Part shown: piece after piece, positions 1 through 64,000 of the stretch
Layout: every line of letters begins with the position of its first letter
Numbering within the stretch: position 1 is the stretch's first letter
NCBI GenBank assembly: GCA_020137815.1
Contig: CM035353.1
Coordinates: 6,696,001-6,760,000, forward strand
DNA from: Hormiphora californensis
Taxonomy: Eukaryota > Animalia > Ctenophora
Direction: 5' to 3'
DNA length: 64,000 nt
Position numbers and translations under genes: made by a program
The notes under the pieces: model-generated
Database searches by the model: none
The model's input: only the letters and a program-made list of their open reading frames with translations
Told to the model about the DNA's origin: nothing

Positions 1-156
1 ATCAGCCCGTGTTTGTTTATTAACTGCACAGCCTACTGAACTTCCAGATCACACCCTATTTTATACACTAGCACGCTATATCAACACGTACCAGCTGTAT
101 GGCGGCGCCGACCCGATCTGACCGCGATGTCGAATCAAGTTTAAGGGTCTGACGCG

Positions 157-627
157 ATGTCGCCAGACAGTATAATAAGCAATGTGCATATGCACGTATA
201 TGCACGTCCTATTATATCACGAGGTATGATCTGCTACAGTGCTACAATTAACTCCTGTATAATAACCGTTTCAGGGCTGATTAAAAAGTACCTCACCGAG
301 GAGGAACAGCAGGAGCTGGATGATGCCCGGGAAGCGAGAAAACAGGAACGGGCACACTTGAGGAAAATGAAGGAAATGAGAAAGGAACGACGGGCGGAGG
401 AGAGACGAGCAAAGCAAGAGAGGAAGATTGAGAGGGCACAGATTAGGGATGAACGAGATGCTAGGATGCAGCTGAAAGTGAAGAACTACCACATGAGAAA
501 GGCCAGGAAGGAGGAGAAGAGGAAGGCTAAAGAACTGAAGATGAAGGATAGAAAGAAGAGGTATTCCAGTTCAGATGACGATTCATCTTCCGTCTCAGTC
601 AGCTACTCAGACTCCAGCAGCGATTAG
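157..627 (+). CDS. 3' exons of an upstream gene encoding a Lys/Arg/Glu-rich coiled-coil tail ending in a Ser/Asp-rich stretch; probable 51-nt intron at 224-274
   Basis: ORF 157-627. Donor CGAG|gtatga at 223/224 and acceptor tttcag|GG at 274/275 are phase compatible. Charged helical composition, stop TAG at 627. Convergent with the giant minus-strand gene. Confidence 0.6.
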   Translation: MSPDSIISNVHMHVYARPIISRGMICYSATINSCIITVSGLIKKYLTEEEQQELDDAREARKQERAHLRKMKEMRKERRAEERRAKQERKIERAQIRDERDARMQLKVKNYHMRKARKEEKRKAKELKMKDRKKRYSSSDDDSSSVSVSYSDSSSD

Positions 628-1683
628 AAACATTGTGTGTGTGTATTGTAGTAGTGTGAGTTACACAGGGGACTGTTCATACATGCAGGGTCGAGCAAGG
701 CAAGGGACTAAATAAAATGAAAATCGGAGGGTTGACATAACTTTGTATGCAATGACTTAAATAATAGATGGTACTGGTGTATTATAGTGTGAATGTTATA
801 TTGATGATCATATGTTTATTGAATATTCTTGTAGAATTTCTACAAAAATCATATTTCCTAACTCGTCCTTACATGGCCCGGGCTGAATGGACAGACTGCG
901 TAGCATGGCAATGGTAATGGATACCGTGTTTAGTCGATGGTTGTCACAGCATTGGCCTGACCCTATTCTCAGAGCATTGGTCTGACAGGTCGACTTCGCG
1001 GAGAGCGATGGGGAGCTGTTTTGACAGCCCAGGATCACCACACCCAGATACACTCCACAACGGAGCAATGTTTATAGGGGTTCCGTAGGGGCGGCCAGCC
1101 CATGATACCGGGCACCGGCCGCTGGAGGACACACTTGCACTTCCCTTTCAGAGGCATATCCGGGGTAGACCGGAAGAACGTGTCATAAACGCGTTGCAAT
1201 ACGTATAGTTTTCTCATACTATTTGATTGTTTCGCGCCTTCATGAACGGCCTGACACGTTATTCCGGCCAACCTACATTTGAATAAATTAGACGTGATTT
1301 AATAATCGCTAAATATAAATTGATCACAATATAAACACTATAACTTAAATAAAATACAGTTAACATAACTTAAAATATTCTGATAAGAGTCTACTTAAAA
1401 ATAAATTGGGGTCACAGACAAGCACTCAACACTACAAATACAGTCTTCTGACGGCGCTATTAAACTACAAATACAGTCTTCTGACGGCGCTATTACTCTA
1501 CAAATATACTACACATTTATAAATTATATTACCAATCTATGATGTCACACGGGTCACTGATCTGATCAAGTATAACTCAATGTCTCTAATTATTAGATCT
1601 GATCAAGTATAACTCAATGTCTCTAACTATATAGTGGTACAATTATTGTTCTCTCATGTATTGTTCATACAGCACAAGATCCC

Positions 1684-63250
<61,567 letters not shown>

Positions 63251-64000
63251 CTAGAAGGTGAGGTGTAATGACATCTGTTTCCAGAAGCATGTCTGTGTGC
63301 AGTGTGTCTGTGTGTGCATGATTGATGTGTGCAGGTCTGTACATAATCCTTCCAAATCGTGCTTTGAACATGAAATTTATAGGGGCAATGTAATTCCTTC
63401 ACTAAATGGTGCTAATAGGTCCCCCCTACCACCAAACGGAAGTTTACCAACCAACTCCATGGGGGAGGTCCGAAAATTGGCCTTAATTGGGCTTTATTGA
63501 GTTATCCCGTATCTTAAGAACATAACTACCCTTAGGAAAGGAGACAAAATCAAGGGCACCAAAGTGTTCAGCGTCCTCACATTAGTGGGGGTAGGTGCTG
63601 GAATTAAATCTCTATCTCATCTGGTTAATTAGATAATTGGATAATTAGGTATGCGCATAACCGTTTGCTGGCCATATGGCTATAACCATGTTAGAAAAGG
63701 AGTAGAAACAAAATCAAGGGCTCTAAAGTGTGTAGCGTCCTCGCATTAGTGGGGTTAGGTGCCGAAATTAAGCCTCTATATCAACTGGTTAATGAGATAA
63801 TTGGATAATTAGTTTTGCGAATAGCCGTTTTCGGCCATATGGCTATAGCCGTTTAAGATTGGTTTACAGACTTTTCACTGATGCCATTTTGTAGGCAATG
63901 GCCAAAATATGGGGGGTCGACGTCGGGCTTTTAAGCTCTATCTTCAACCGTTTAGCCGTTATTCGGCTTTAAAGGTGCTCAAAATGAGCTAAAAACGGTA

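Noticed and set aside
63520-64000. Two diverged ~170-bp direct repeats at the window end
   Set aside because: Likely the interior of a repeat element running out of the window; cannot be classified.

Overview
Intron-rich animal genomic DNA. A ctenophore such as Hormiphora or Pleurobrachia is my guess from gene style, nested genes and lineage-typical domains; it cannot be proven from this window. Nearly the whole window (1684 to >63250, minus strand, roughly 90 exons, 5' end outside the window) is one giant type-I membrane protein gene. It encodes a very long extracellular array of CPxGxYC (GCC2/GCC3, ephrin-receptor-like) repeats, a juxtamembrane domain, one TM helix, a long cytoplasmic coiled coil and a C-terminal globular domain. 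At least six genes are nested in its introns, five with a clear signal peptide: an intronless PAN-like + fascin-type beta-trefoil + aerolysin/natterin-like pore-forming protein (17092-18309), three F5/8C/F-type-lectin-fold genes, a C-type lectin and a VWA7-like gene. The introns also hold many non-autonomous transposons: a hAT-like 109-bp MITE that sits just inside 5' splice sites in 6 of 7 copies, poly-G-capped elements with 8-bp TSDs, a 1.3-kb TTAA palindrome, mariner-type MITEs and a solo LTR. Tandem duplications that copy exon-intron junctions recur along the gene. Exon coordinates were read by eye and may be off by a few bases.
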